Assembly (NCBI GenBank): GCA_964016885.1
Contig: OZ024740.1
Span: 282,720,001 to 282,784,000 of the forward strand
Origin: Eledone cirrhosa
Lineage: Eukaryota
Reading direction: 5' to 3'
Length of the DNA: 64,000 bases
Part shown: piece by piece, positions 38,861-53,238 of the stretch
How the letters are laid out: every line of letters starts with the position of its first letter
How positions within the stretch are numbered: the first letter of the stretch is position 1
The notes under the pieces: model-generated
The model's input: only the letters and a program-made list of their open reading frames with translations
The model's database searches: none
What the model was told of the DNA's origin: nothing
Translations under genes and position numbers: made by a program

Positions 38861-39629
38861 TATTTTCTATAGTTTCATGGTGTTTCTACTGAATTACTAC
38901 ATGAAATTCTGTATTTGAACTGTTTGTCTTGATATCTTTGTTAGTCAGCAAATGCATATCACAGACGATTGTAGCCAAGCCGTTGTCATGTACCGTATTT
39001 AGTATATGTTTATAATACATATTGCTCATTAGACACATTTGACAATGCTGGTTAAAATATTTGAATTTGACTAGGACTGAGAAAGTGAATATATGTATGT
39101 ATATATGTCTCATGTAGCTTTGCATTGTTGGACTTGATAATGGAATCCTCTTTCATTATATTATTTTTGTAATTGTTAGCAATTGAAAATACCTTCAAGC
39201 CATCGGTTCAGAAAAAGATAGTTTATATGTCCATAGCACCCGTAATCATTTTTGTTTTCGTTCAACAGATTTATTAATTGAGTCAGTGCTAGGCATAAGA
39301 ATATAACGGAGATTCATCTTTTTGTGAGAATAGGGTAGGGTTTTAATTATTTTCTCTCCTTTGTAGCGATATGTTGTTTTTTTTTTCTATTTTGTGGTGG
39401 CATGGTTGATCTGTTTTGTTAGTATTGTGTTACTTTATTTATGTAGCGGGTCTCCAGTATTCACGGGTGTGGAATGTTATTAATTGCTTTACAGCAATCA
39501 ATACAAGCCATACTAAAATTTGCTTTCTTTAATTTTTTTTCATTTTATATTTTGGCTCACCATTTGCTCCACATTCAATAAACAGAACATCGAATTCTCA
39601 AAAATGTTAGGAAAGAAATTGCTGCGGTA

Positions 39630-39840
39630 AATGGGAACCAGGGTTCACTTCTGCCAGTTGTCAATATGTAGAAAATGATGTGGCATGGTTCTGTGACACG
39701 ACAACATATCACTCTGTCTCTGTTGAATATAGGTTTGAATAGACGAACCTCTGCTAATAGAGGAAGGCTATGTCGGATGTGATTGTGACACAGGAAGGTA
39801 TGTTGTTGACTGGGAAAGAAGGAAGTTACATCCACTGTTA
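39630..39840 (+). mobile_element. very degenerate RTE-like fragment
   Basis: RKMMWHGSVTRQH resembles RTE 'RKL.W.GHV.R'; otherwise decayed. Confidence 0.3.
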
Positions 39841-39902
39841 TCTATCATCTTCTAGGTATTTGATTGGCTGATTGATTGATTTTTTTAATATTAGTTCAGA
39901 CA

Positions 39903-40112
39903 AGTGTTGCAGATTGGTAGAGTTGATAGACCACCGGGTAAAATTTCATTGTTATATATGTTCTAGGTCTTTAAGTTGTGAGTTCAAATCCCAAGTCACG
40001 TTTCATACTTCTGTGTTCGATGAAATAAAGTAGCAGTTATGGACAGGAGTTGATTTAATCATCTTCGAACTTCACTAAAATTATCCTGGCCTTGTGACAA
40101 ATTTTGAAATCA
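39903..40112 (+). mobile_element. old SINE
   Basis: GAGTTCAAATCC, TTTCATACTTCTGTGTTCGATGAAATAAAGTA, CTGGCCTTGTG. Confidence 0.7.
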
Positions 40113-40196
40113 AGATTAATTCTACTATTTATCCCATCTGAACATTTGGTTCATTCTACTTAGGCTGTAAAGTGTTTTAGTATTAGAAATACTTTC

Positions 40197-40246
40197 ATAC
40201 AGAGCTTTATGACATTATGACAATAAATACTCTCCCCTCAAACGTA
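40197..40246 (+). repeat. left arm of a perfect 50-bp inverted repeat (candidate TIR)
   Basis: Exact reverse complement of 48573-48622. Confidence 0.9.
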
Positions 40247-40412
40247 CATACATACACACACACACAATCGCATATATATATATATGCCTCTATCTTTGCT
40301 TCGGCCCTTGATAAACCTGTTTCTACATCATCCACTCTCATCCCGGGAACAGTTTTGACAGCGCTAGTCTGTAATTTAAATTCAGGAATTTTATATTCTT
40401 TGAATGAAAAGA

Positions 40413-40496
40413 ACCTTCTGACGAGAATCTTTCTTTGCAACGAAGGCCGTATGGTCTCCGTTTTATTTTTGGGATTCGAAACCGATGGGTAAAGGT
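40413..40496 (+). ncRNA. type I hammerhead ribozyme
   Basis: ACCTT-CTGACGA-GAATC..(long loop)..GATTC-GAAA-CCgatgGG-TA-AAGGT. Confidence 0.85.
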
Positions 40497-40563
40497 AACT
40501 ATAGTAGGTAAAGTCAATTTTTTAAAATGTATTTTGAAACTTTTTCATTATTTGATAAACCTT

Positions 40564-40627
<64 letters not shown>

Positions 40628-43593
40628 GTGTATGTATGTATATATTTATGTGCCTATATTTTGTATGTATTTGTGCATGCTTGTGTTGCGTATGTATATA
40701 GAATTTAGACGGTCTTCTGGATCGGTTTTATAGGGAACTTCTAAAATAAGCGTATGCACACACACACATATATATACACATGTGTATGTGTATGGCAGGG
40801 TTTATATATAAAGCTGTTATGTTTTGTATATAGTCATCAATGTATAAGATAATACCAGCATTAACACAACGAATAACCACTTGTGGAGCTCTACAGAACA
40901 ACATACTTTGAAGAAATACAGATTCACGATCAACAGATGGCGAAGTTTTTAACTCCTACAAGCAATGGCGAAGTAACTCCTTGAAAATATGATATGAATT
41001 GTCAGCTATGTCATATTTGTCGCTAAGTCATGACATAATCAACTTTTAAAAAAATAACATCGATGTATTATTATTATCACATGACGAATAATGTTATTGA
41101 AAATATTATATAAAAATAGCAGCTGAAAGAAAGAACATGTCACAAATTGCATTAATAATTCATGCAGTCACACCATTCACAATGAGGAACGTTGACAGAA
41201 CATTCTGAGAGAAACTTCAATCAATTTGTAACACAATAATGCCGAGAAAGCATAAATTCATGTTTCTGTAATGGAAGTCAGCTATCTGGCTGGCGTGACG
41301 ACCTCATTTAATGCCAGTGAATAGATTATCTTTGATAATTGTTTCATATTTGTTCCAATAATTATCGATTCCTATTGTTAAGTATTCAAAATTGCTGAAA
41401 TAATGGCTTCAAGAATGCTTGAGCATTTGAAAATTCTAGAAATTCTTAGCTAAATTTTGAGAAACAGAAACAAAGAAAGAAAGAATAAATTCAAACTTTA
41501 AAACAATGTTTAGCAGCTCAGTTGTAACATTGACAAGTTGTCTAAATTTCAACAAAGGAATCCTTCTTTATTGCTGAGAGATTTCTAACTAAAGACTAAA
41601 ACAAAGTATAAAATACCTAAGCCGATTACTTGTGATAAAATGTTCTGCTAAGCAAATGAGAAATGTTGCGTATTTCAAGGGACACTAGCCTCAAACAATG
41701 ATATAATCTCTATTCGAAGAAAATCCTGAATCTAATACATTATTAATACGTTTATAATATTATAACATTAATTTATTATATTATTAAAACTTGATAAAGT
41801 CATTATTTAAGAACAATGATATTGAATCTAGTTGGAAAAGAAGGAAAAGACTTATTATTGGGTAATAATGCTTATCTTGCTTCTTAGAAATAAATACCCT
41901 TGCTACATACACACACGCGCACACTCATACAGATTCCCACACATACACACACACGCATTTGCACATGCACAGGCACACACATTCAGGCCATAGGCAGGGA
42001 ATTAACTGAGAACTGTTCTGGTTCTCTGTGCTCTTATTCAAATACCACAGCGGTCAACATTGTTTTTCATTTTTTTGTGTCAATAAATAATGTACCGACC
42101 CCGGGTCGATGGATTGGTGAAATTGCTAGAGTGCTGAACAAATTACTTTGCGGTATCTGTTTTGTTTCTATGAGTTCTCTGTCCAATTCCCACCTTTTGA
42201 CTTAACAGAATAGAAGGTCGTATTATTAATACTCGTCCAAAGCCTCTTATATGATCAATATTACAGGAGGTTATTCTGTATGTGTGAACTATAACAACGA
42301 AAAGAACACATCCATTTAAGATTGGTTTTGGAATAACATTTGAGATTATTGAGAAAATAATTAAATATTTTTTGTGCCAAAGCATACACTCAAAGCATAA
42401 CCACATTGTCTGGATGCTCTTGTATAATAACGAATGTAAGGAAATCCACAAATTCAATGTAGTTATCCGTATTTGTAATTTTTCAATATCCTTTTAACAT
42501 TCCATTAACGTATGTATAGAAATGTACCTAAAGATTCATTGTGACAGCCATCTATCTGTAATTTTGTAATCCAAAACTGTAAATCGATTAAACAAAGTGT
42601 ATGAAAACTTTCCTGATCAAAACGACAGGTACACCAGTTCAGCAGCACTGAATAATGTTTGCAAAAGTCTTAATCTGCAAAACATTGTTAGTGAAATTTG
42701 GTTGACGGAAACTGTGTGGAAGCCTGTAGAAAGAATAGCTTCGATTATGGTTGGTAGACCTAATCTGTTACCCGATTTAGCACCCTCTTTGGCCCATTTT
42801 GGACTTTAGTTGATTCCATTCAGTTACAACCAACCGGCCACTCACCAATCCCTGAAAAGAGATATGAGCACTGCTTTTCATCCCCTGGGTATGGCAATAA
42901 ACGACACTAGCAAAAATCCAACAATATAAACACCTCAGTCAACTCAGACTCTTCTGCCTAGTATATAGGAAAACTATGAAAATGAGGAAGAGTTCTTCGA
43001 GTGACGCTGATTAAGAGATAAGTTCTCAGTGAACCAATTCAACAGATCATTTTCAATCACACACTGTAGATAATAACCATAACTAACATCAATTGTATCC
43101 TTAAGAAATGGTTGAATTCTACGTAATCTCATTTCACTTTGTGTCATTATAAATGTGAAATTTTATAAAAATAAAAATCTATATTGGTAGTGTAATAATT
43201 ATGGTGACGCTGGTGCTTGGGATATTAATTGTAGAGATTTCAGTGGTGTGGGGCTGTTGGAGATAACAGTGTTGGTAGTTACACGAGTGCTTTTGGTAGG
43301 GTAATGTTGAAAGCCTTACCACACCTGCTACATCTCATACATACACACACACATCAATATATAACAACCAACTATTTATAACTTAAACATACTATTTAAT
43401 TACAATTTTATACTATTTTTTTCTTTACTTCAACGCCTTGATCTCCCATTCTCGTTTTTATTCTCTATCTCCTCTCCCCTCTCTCTCCCACACTTTCTTT
43501 TCTAGTCCTCTCACTCTCTACCTCTCTCTCATTGTAACCTCTCATTGTAACTCTCTCTATATAACCTTTTCTTTCTCATTCTCTATCTCTCAC

Positions 43594-43679
<86 letters not shown>

Positions 43680-44348
43680 TTCCATAATCAATCTTTATGT
43701 TTCACTCTATCTCGTTTTTATCTCTCTCTACATATATATATATATTCTACCCTCTCTCTATCTCTGTCCAACCCATTACCTGTCCCCACGTTTCTTTTAT
43801 ATCTGGGGATCGGTTACTTGCCATCCAACCACACCCCACATAACTTCATCACACTAAACCAATTTTAACAAAAGGAACTTGAGTCTTTATTACTTATAGT
43901 AATCAAAGTGTAATTGTGCAGTTGTATGTCGATGTGCATAGTATGTAATTGTGCTGGCGTGTGTAGATGTGTACAGAGGGTAATTGTGCATGTGTATAGA
44001 TGTGCATTGAAAATGCAAATTTCAACATATGGTAGTTAAATACCGCCATATATAGCAACTTCAAACGATTACCCCTACCTTGTAATTAACTATTAACACT
44101 TGTAGTAGCTGACATTGTATTAAAGGGGAGAATGAAATGGGAATATTGTGGAGGGTGACAGGGAGAGGGTTGTATGAAAGGAGCTAGAAAAGGCTGGGGA
44201 GATAGATAAAGAGAAAGAGAAAGAGCTAGAGATAGAAACAGAGAATAAATGAGGGACCTAGAGAGACAATCAGAGAAGAGGTGGTACAGAGATAGAGACA
44301 GAGAAGAAAAGAAGATATAAAGAGAAGCAGAGAAAGAGGGAGAGAGAA

Positions 44349-44401
<53 letters not shown>

Positions 44402-44402
44402 G

Positions 44403-44480
<78 letters not shown>

Positions 44481-45150
44481 AGAGTTAGCAGTAGAGAGAA
44501 TGATGTAAAACAGTGAGAGAAAGAGATAAAAAGGAACAGAGATGCCGTGATAGAGCTATGAAGAGAAGGGGAGAGAGAGAACAAGAGAGAGAGGGGAAGA
44601 GAGAAGGGAAGAGAATGAGTGATAGTGAGAGATAGGGTAGGGAAGAAGAAAGGAATTGAGAAAAATACAGAAATGTGTAATTTCCTGCTCTCTTGTCATC
44701 TAAGTTGAATAGACCCAATTGACTTACGGGGAATGGCGGAAAATGACGGGAATAGACCTGACTTGCTATTTTGTGCCATAGAAAGTATTTGCAATAAATA
44801 GTGTGTAGGAAGGGAGCATGTGTGTATGTATGTGTATGTGCATGCGTTTGCGTATGTGTGTGTATGTATGCATGTATATATATATATATATATATATAGT
44901 TGAATAAATTCCAATAGAATACAAAATATTTAAAACATTATAAATAATAAAAATACTAATAATTATCAGTATTCATTCGAACACCCATTCGAACACTCGT
45001 ATACACCCGAAAATGTAAATAGTCATAAACGCACGAGTACACCAATATGGACGCCTACTCACGATGAGAAAGTACTTGTTGATACAAAGGTATTGTCAGA
45101 AGATTTTGATTTCACTCAATCTGTAGCATAATTGCGTGTTAGAGTTAACG

Positions 45151-45332
45151 TGGTGGTTTGGCAGTATGGGTAGAGCGTCAGACACTATGCTTTGCAGCAT
45201 AGTTATGGCCCTTTGCGTTCTGAGTTCAAATCCTCCGGGGTTAACTTTGCCTTTCATCCTTACGGGGTCGATGAAATAAAGTACCAGTAATGCACTGGGG
45301 TATCCGCTGGCCTTGTTCCAAAAGTAGAAACT
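45151..45332 (+). mobile_element. SINE
   Basis: Full head, core and tail of the main family. Confidence 0.88.
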
Positions 45333-45339
45333 CTATGTT

Positions 45340-45945
45340 TATGACTGTGTAATAGAAACGTGCTGTGCTAAGGTTTGTGTTTTTTTTTAAGTACATGTAT
45401 ATATTGTACAAGTGTGGTATGTTAAGGTTGGTGGGGTTTTTTGTACATATAACTGTGTAGTAGAAATGTGGTGTGTAAATAAATGTGTGTTCTTTGTATA
45501 GTAAAAGTTATATCTGTGTAGTAGAAATTTGATATGTTAATGTTTGTGTATTTATAACTGAGGAGTAGTAATGTGTTGTGTAAAAGTGCATGTCTTCTGT
45601 ACGTATACAACTGTGTAGTAGCAATGTAATGTACTATGTTATGTTTGGTGCGTTCTCTGTGTATATGACTGTGACGTAGAAATGGGATGTGTTAAGGCAA
45701 GAGTATTCTATATGTAGGGTATACATTAACAATATGGTGTGTTTAGGCTATTGTATCCTGTGTATATATTCCTGTGTAGCAGCAATATAGTGTATCAAGA
45801 TTAGCCAGTTCTTTGTGTATATGATTTTGTAGTAGGAATATTGTCTCTGTGTATGATCATGTAATAATTATTTTGTGTATTACAGTTTGTGTGTACTCTG
45901 TGAATAAGTATTTGTAATGGTAATGTGGCATGTTGAATTTAGTGT
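45340..45945. repeat. degenerate minisatellite, unit about 45-58 bp
   Basis: Recurrent ACTGTGTAGTAGAAATGT(G)..TGT motif near 45343, 45452, 45514, 45557, 45610, 45668 and 45772. Confidence 0.7.
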
Positions 45946-48572
45946 ATTGAAATTAAAGCCATACTAAACATATATTCAATTACTGGAACAAATGAAGAAA
46001 ACCTACAGTTATTAAATACGTTCTGCTTTTGTGTGTACATAATAACAAACTCATATGTATCATTACAAAGATTTCAAAAAATGATCCGACTTTAGGCTGG
46101 TTAACGGTCGGGTTCAATTACTAATTCCCTTCGAAACAGGTTCTTTGTGCCTCCACACACATATCCCAGTGATTCTACCAATGTTCATAGCACGTGTATA
46201 ATGTTTCTTCTGGAATGTATCTCAGCTCCACCGTCACAGTTCACATGATATATCGGGGAGAATTTTAGTGACTTATTCATTTAGGGAAACAAAGAGAAAT
46301 CAGAAGAAGCCATGTTTGAAAAGTGGGTAGTCTTGTGAATGATCGAAATGCATTTCCTTTCCAAGAGACCTTGGATCAGTTGCAATGAATGAGTCGGGGG
46401 ATTATCATGATAAAGCTGCCAGTTTTGCGAGGCCGAACAACATCACAAAGGAGTTGGAGTACTTCATGATAGTACTACATTGTAATTGTTTTCCCTTTTT
46501 TTTGGGGGGGGGGAGGGGGGTGATGACGTCGGTTGCTTGCACTGTGTTGGCTAAGGTTTGGTTTCCAAGCCGTGTACCTACGTCCAAGTCTTGCCTCAAG
46601 TTATCACAGTATTCAGAAACTCAGGGTCCTTCGTTGTTGGCAGTATCATGTGGAATGAAAATGTGAAGAGATAGGAATATAACCCCTCACACGCTAACTT
46701 TCAGACAGCAACTGACGCATCCAGCGAGTTAGCAAAAAATATGCATGCACTTCAATGTGGCTCAACATTAATGACACGTCTTTCTATAGCTCTAACGTTT
46801 TTCTAACTAGTTCTGATTATTATTTCTTTTCAGATAAATGATGACAGGCATCAAGCTAACTAAGCAAATGAATATGTTGAGCATAGTGGTTTAGAGATTG
46901 CTCGCCCCCTGAAATTTACTCGGTCGCTTGTTGTCAAATTTGAAAAAGGCTAGAAGCCACTGACGGGGATTTTACTGCAGTAACCAAACGTACAACGCTA
47001 GCAAAGGAACCTAATCCCATCAGAATACCGAAGATTGAAAGCAAGGTGCAGAGAATTATCGATAAGACCCCCAGAAAGTCAATTACTCCATTGTTAAGGA
47101 GCTTAAAGTTTCAAGGTACACTATTGAGACTGAATGGAACAAAGGAACAAAAACAAAAATCAGTGATAATGTTATATTAGAAACATGTGTTAGTCCTAAT
47201 ACACCTCGAATGTCCCATCCATTATTATGGGATCTATTGGGGATCTCGGAGTACATTTATTGAAATATTGCCTTAAAAACGTTTTCATCCTGATTTTTAG
47301 ATAGCTCCAAATATGATTCCAACGAATTAAAATAAATCAATTAAAATTAGTATCATTTCCTAATTATATACTTAATTTTATGTCATATCAAAGTTTGAAA
47401 AACACGGGAAACACCATGTAACCAATCATTGTAAACTCTGCAACTTTCGTACATGTAAGGCATCCAAGTAAAATAGTCATGCTAATACTGTTAATATTAA
47501 CGAAATCAGTCTCTGTGACATCCTGCTAGTATGATGTAGCACGACGCTGGAATTAAGCAGTGAATCTCATGTCGATATTAAACCATACGTTAACAGTAGA
47601 ACTATTAATGCATTTTAGAGATTCTGTGATAATTGATGATAATTCTAAACGAAGTATGTGTTCTTTGGTATGGCGCAGAATGCTCCGTATTATGACATAT
47701 TAATATGGTTGTTGAGGTGTAGTCAGTCGATCAGTTAATATCATCATTAGAAACTTTCTTCTAAAATACCTCCTGAATACTTGATTTATGGAAATGATAC
47801 GCTCTCATTCCTTCGAGAAAAACCCAATAAGATATCTGTTCGCTTCCGAATTTAAAAGTGTAATTCCCTGATATGTGCTAGCTTGATGCTGTTCAACACA
47901 AGGCATTTACATAAATGCCGTTATACAAGTAACACAAATTATTTTTATTTGCATACCAGTAAAATAAACGTGAACTCTGCAACAAAAGAACTCTTTAATA
48001 ATTGCTTTGTTTTACGTAAGACAAGAGCGAATCTTTATGATCATTTCTTATATTTCTTTTCAAGGCAGATATTCAATTAATCACTATTAAGGTACTGACA
48101 AATTTAAACATTTGTCTTCAATCAATATTCTGTGTTAATGCCTATTCAATATTGTTCTATTTTACATACAATAGTTTTGTTTTCAATTAGATGTTTCATG
48201 CCCTTTCGAATTGCATCTGGCCAAATATCTATTCATCATAGACTTCTTGAAGAAGCAACCTTGCAAAAGAAAGTAATATATAATGTCTATTTGGATATTC
48301 TAAAAAATACATATTTTACTTGATAGATCTCGAGTAAAAAGAATCCACAATCTTCACAAGCCTTTAAAGACATGCATTTGGGAAACAGCTATGAACATCT
48401 ATATAATTCAATGCAAGATTTGTCAATGCTACGACACGATATGGATTGAACAATTAATAGAAATTCATAGTTCTTATTACCAGGATGTGCCAAACGTCAA
48501 TCTGAAATGTGATGAGTTAACGTCTTGTGATATTTAATGGTTTATTTATAAAATTCGCCAATTTTGTCTTTA

Positions 48573-48622
48573 TACGTTTGAGGGGAGAGTATTTATTGTC
48601 ATAATGTCATAAAGCTCTGTAT
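48573..48622 (-). repeat. right arm of a perfect 50-bp inverted repeat (candidate TIR)
   Basis: Exact reverse complement of 40197-40246. Confidence 0.9.
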
Positions 48623-48850
48623 AAATAAATACGATTGTAATTAGCAACATGAAAAGTGATGAAGATAACTGTGAAAATCGAGATAAAGTTGTGTGAACAG
48701 ATAAAGTTACTCAAGAATACAATTAAGAAAGTTTGGTAATAGCGGTTGCTAAAAACAGTACGATAAGCTCATGGTATGAACCTTTTTTACAATCGGTCAG
48801 ATGTATGAGAGCTGACATAGGGTTTAACCTACAAGGTCTCTCTCTCTCTC

Positions 48851-49000
<150 letters not shown>

Positions 49001-49092
49001 TGTATGTAAAATGTAAACAGAAATAATAACACAATCGGTAGAGTATATGGAAGGTATATATTAGGTTAACGCTTGATATAGCAGGAAGAGGG

Positions 49093-49128
49093 TCTTAACG
49101 TTTCGGACGCTAGTCCTTCATCAGAAGA
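49093..49128 (-). ncRNA. minimal hammerhead ribozyme
   Basis: TCTT-CTGATGA-aGGACtagcGTCC-GAAA-CG-TT-AAGA; ultra-short palindromic stem III (AACGTT). Confidence 0.85.
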
Positions 49129-49998
49129 GAGAATGAGAAATAAAATAGTTTAAGGAGGGGAAGGGCGGGATGGAGTTGGAAAAAATCTCTTTAGATAAAA
49201 ATAATAGATCCATTCATGGGCATGCAGTCAAAGCAAAAATAGCAAAACAATCTAAGCAAAAATTGTTAAAAGTTTGTTGCTTTTCTTATCTGTCACGGGG
49301 AGTGGTCAGTGATCTGGGATGTCGTGTCCATAGTTTAGTATTTGGGACCTCCAAGATAATGTTACTTATCATCTAAATTGGAGCCTGTTTTCAGAGGCAA
49401 AATCTTACTCCGGAAGACGCCGTCCGTGAAATTATGCTCGGATGAAACGATCCAGATGGTGTTTGCAAAGGACCAGTTGTTAAACAAAAATGATATACTC
49501 ATTACCTCATGTATACATAGAATATATAGGACATAACTTACCCCCCCCCCCCCCTCCTCACTCCGTGACCCAGGTGGGTAGATCTCGGCTTTATTTCCTT
49601 CCCAATTACAGATAGAGGAAACCCCAGGCAGCCTGAGGTAGAAATAGAATTATTATCCCTTTCTATATATACTTAGGTGGATCTTTGCATACTTACAGTA
49701 TTGTAAACAGTACCAAATCTTCCTTAGGTAAACCCGGAATATTTTCACTTTTGCTAATTCATGCATATAGCCCTATTGAACCGGCCGAACAAATAGCTAA
49801 GATCAGTCGTGGACTGGCTCTAATAATATTGGTTGCCAGGAGATAAAGGGAGCCTACCTACATATAAAATGCTATCATTTAATTTTTATAATAAATAAAT
49901 AATATATAAGTGAAAACAGTGCAATCAAATTTTTGCAGGAAAAAATGTGTATTTTTTACTAATTATATGTATATATACATCGGATGAAATGCTTTGAA

Positions 49999-50090
49999 AA
50001 CATATCTGAGGACCTTGCGAATGCAGAGTCAGGTTTGATCTCTAATACATCCTGCCATGAGCTAATCGTCGGAGAAACATGTAATATGTT
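49999..50090 (+). ncRNA. type I hammerhead ribozyme with extended stem II
   Basis: AACATAT-CTGAGGA-(about 60 nt)-GAAA-CATG-TA-ATATGTT; perfect 7-bp stem I, followed by AATAAA. Confidence 0.8.
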
Positions 50091-50285
50091 AATAAATTGT
50101 GTTCTGATACATCATTGATTGCTCGTTATCTATAATAATATACTCTGCTCTGCGCGAGCATCGAGTGATCAAACGGCATACCTCCTACAGATGCATTTAT
50201 TGCAACCATGCAACTATTTATATATATATAATATATATATATATTATATATATATAAATATATATATATATATTATATATATATA

Positions 50286-50318
<33 letters not shown>

Positions 50319-50459
50319 GTGTATATAGGTGTTTGTATATTTAGGGTAGTTATTCCTGGAGAATAGAGTGGTTGAAGCAATAACGGTCTTATTTACACAC
50401 ACACATACATACACACACATAGACACACGCACACAGACACACACACAGACACACACGCG

Positions 50460-50589
<130 letters not shown>

Positions 50590-50739
50590 AACAAACCGAA
50601 CATTTTAATAAATGTTAGTTGTTATATAGTAAGGTGTATTATTGGTTGTGTCATACGGTCCAATAAACCTTTGTTAGCAATATTAAGTTCTCCACGCTTT
50701 CGTATATCTCCAATTCCATTTATGGGAACAGATAGATGA

Positions 50740-51790
50740 TGTAAAACGTAGTATTTGTATCAAAATTTGATCCGAAAGCATGGTATAAATTTCCAATCAT
50801 TTTAATCACGACACATGTTTCAATAAGGGATAGATCGATCGTGTGGTCATAACACACCTCAAACACTGAAACACTTATTTTAAAGGCTCGAGGGCCCATA
50901 TGACGGGAAAACGCACACACTGACACCCTAACTCAAATACCCAACCCCTTGTTGGCCTACATGGCGGGTGCTTGCACACACAGACTCGGGGACTCAGATT
51001 CTCAACGGGACAACGGCACATACAGAGTTCGATACGAGCTGACTACTTGCTCTATACATGGATGTGTATATACCAAAACTTACACTATTTAGACGATACG
51101 GATGTTACAATTTAATCGATACACGTATAGCAGAACGTTGAACGGAATCTACTTGCGTGTATAGGGTTGTGGTTGACCCAATTTTTTTCTAATTTTTTTC
51201 TATTTTTCTAATTTTTTTTTTATATTTTTCTAATTTTTTTCTAATTTTTTTCTAATTTTTTTCTAATTTTTTTCTAATTTTTTTCTAATTTTTTTCTAAT
51301 TTACATCGTTAAAATTGAGACTTGTTCAATATAACATTTGTTGTTTTGTAGCCTAACTTTCGGTGCATACTATGTTGGTATATATTTTTTTTCTCTGACC
51401 TCGCGTCGGTGTGTGTGAGTCTGTGTGTACTCACTAACACTAATTGTGACCGACTGAAATTCAACAGATTTGATGCTGAGATTAGACATGTCCAGCGTCT
51501 TTTACAGATATTGAGAGATAGAGACTTGATAGATGTATGACCCTGGCTGAAGACGATAGCAGTTGGCGTGTTTTGGCTACTGAATCTTTATATGGGGAAC
51601 AGAACTCTAGTGAGTGAACATCGTTAGTTTTTCCTCCCTCATATCAAAGATTTGAAGACATTTCATTATTCACCTGATGACATCATTGATAATCGATCAT
51701 GACCACACGATCGATCTATTCCTTATTGAAACATGTGTCGTGATGAAAATGATTGGAAATTTATACCATGCCTTCGGATCTTTAGTTTGA
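50740..51790. mobile_element. element of about 1 kb bounded by inverted pLTR-like arms
   Basis: Arms 50769-50850 and 51699-51780; internal (TTTTTTCTAA)n array 51180-51302; ribozyme overlaps the right arm. Confidence 0.75.
51670..51743 (+). ncRNA. type I hammerhead ribozyme
   Basis: TCAC-CTGATGA-(irregular stem II)-GAAA-CATGTG-TC-GTGA. Confidence 0.7.
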
Positions 51791-51870
51791 TATATATATA
51801 TATATATGTATATATAAGTATATGTATATATATATGTATATATAAGTATATGTATATATATATGTATATA

Positions 51871-51961
<91 letters not shown>

Positions 51962-51977
51962 TCAATTAGACCCATAT

Positions 51978-52038
<61 letters not shown>

Positions 52039-52217
52039 CATACACACATATGTATATATATATATATTAGGGGTTGTGTGTGTGGTTGTATATATATGTT
52101 TGTGCTTATGTGTTGCGTGTGTGTATGTCTATGTGTATTTGTATATGTGTGTGTGTGAGTCTGATGTGGCTGGTTTATTTGATCATTTATTTCATTTTTG
52201 TTTCAGCAAATTATTTT

Positions 52218-52351
<134 letters not shown>

Positions 52352-52429
52352 TGCCGCTAATATAAAGGTTGCAGCATTAAGATGGTGGTTTACATAGAAA
52401 TGAGGAGGCAAAATGTGTGGTGAGACATG

Positions 52430-52800
52430 TAGACATAATATATAACTTGGGTATACATAGTTACAATTTGGCGCTCATATATTTCCAACCACACCAAAAG
52501 CAGACTCTTCCAAGTAACAATTCAACCAATCTTGCTATATGGAACTGAACCATGGACGCTTTCATCCAAACAACAAAAGCGCCTTCAGAACATAAGTTGG
52601 TTGGCGACATCTGATTTTGAGAGAGATATATGCCGGCCTCCAACGCATATCTGTCGCTGTACGTAAAAGGAGAATAAGATTTGCTGGCCACTGCCATCGT
52701 ATCACCTATGAGGCCGTGTCCCCATTAGTGCTTTGCATACCACAAGCACTCACTAATAACAGGAGGCGCATGCATTGAAATCCAGGATTTGGCAGTGGCA
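52430..52800 (+). mobile_element. RTE-type LINE fragment
   Basis: TKSRLFQVTIQPILLYGTEPWTLSSKQQKRL..REIYAGLQRISVAVRKRRIRFAGHCHR. Confidence 0.85.
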
Positions 52801-53087
52801 ATGAATGACAGACCCACGTGTAGATCAATCGTTGAGTCGATTTCGACTGAGGTCGCCGGATGGTGATGATATGTGGAATTCAGTTCTCCTGTTATAGTCA
52901 GCTGAATGTATGTATATATATATATGGACCCGTAACTCCCGAAGGAGTTGTACGGGTATCCATATTGACATACGGTGTTTCTAAGGTATTTTAAACTAGG
53001 AGGAGCCCATCTCTTCCGATCTGAATACAGCAGATTTCTCCCAGAGAAGTATAGAGTTAGACGAAGGAAGTGATGAAGAGATATAGA

Positions 53088-53238
53088 GGAAGTATCGACC
53101 CCAGTACTAGACTGGTACTTTTTTATCGACCTTGAATAGATGAAAGTCATAGTTGACCTCTGCGAGATTTGAACTGAGAGAGCAGAGATTTGGAACGAAT
53201 ACTGCAAAGCATGCTATCCGACATTCTAGCGATTGAAT
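53088..53238 (-). mobile_element. SINE (diverged)
   Basis: CTGGTACTTTTTTATCGACCTTGAATAGATGAAAG..GATTTGAACT. Confidence 0.7.

Noticed and set aside
42597-42870. Short unique ORF and a minus-strand acceptor-like TCTCTTTTCAG near 42852
   Set aside because: All three frames after the acceptor stop within about 25 codons and no domain is recognisable, so a host exon cannot be supported without RNA data.
43440-44660. CT-rich tract followed by GA-rich tract as a possible long inverted repeat
   Set aside because: The complementarity is low-complexity only and expected by chance at this microsatellite density.
46300-46700. ORFs in GC-richer unique sequence
   Set aside because: No recognisable motif or consistent splice structure.
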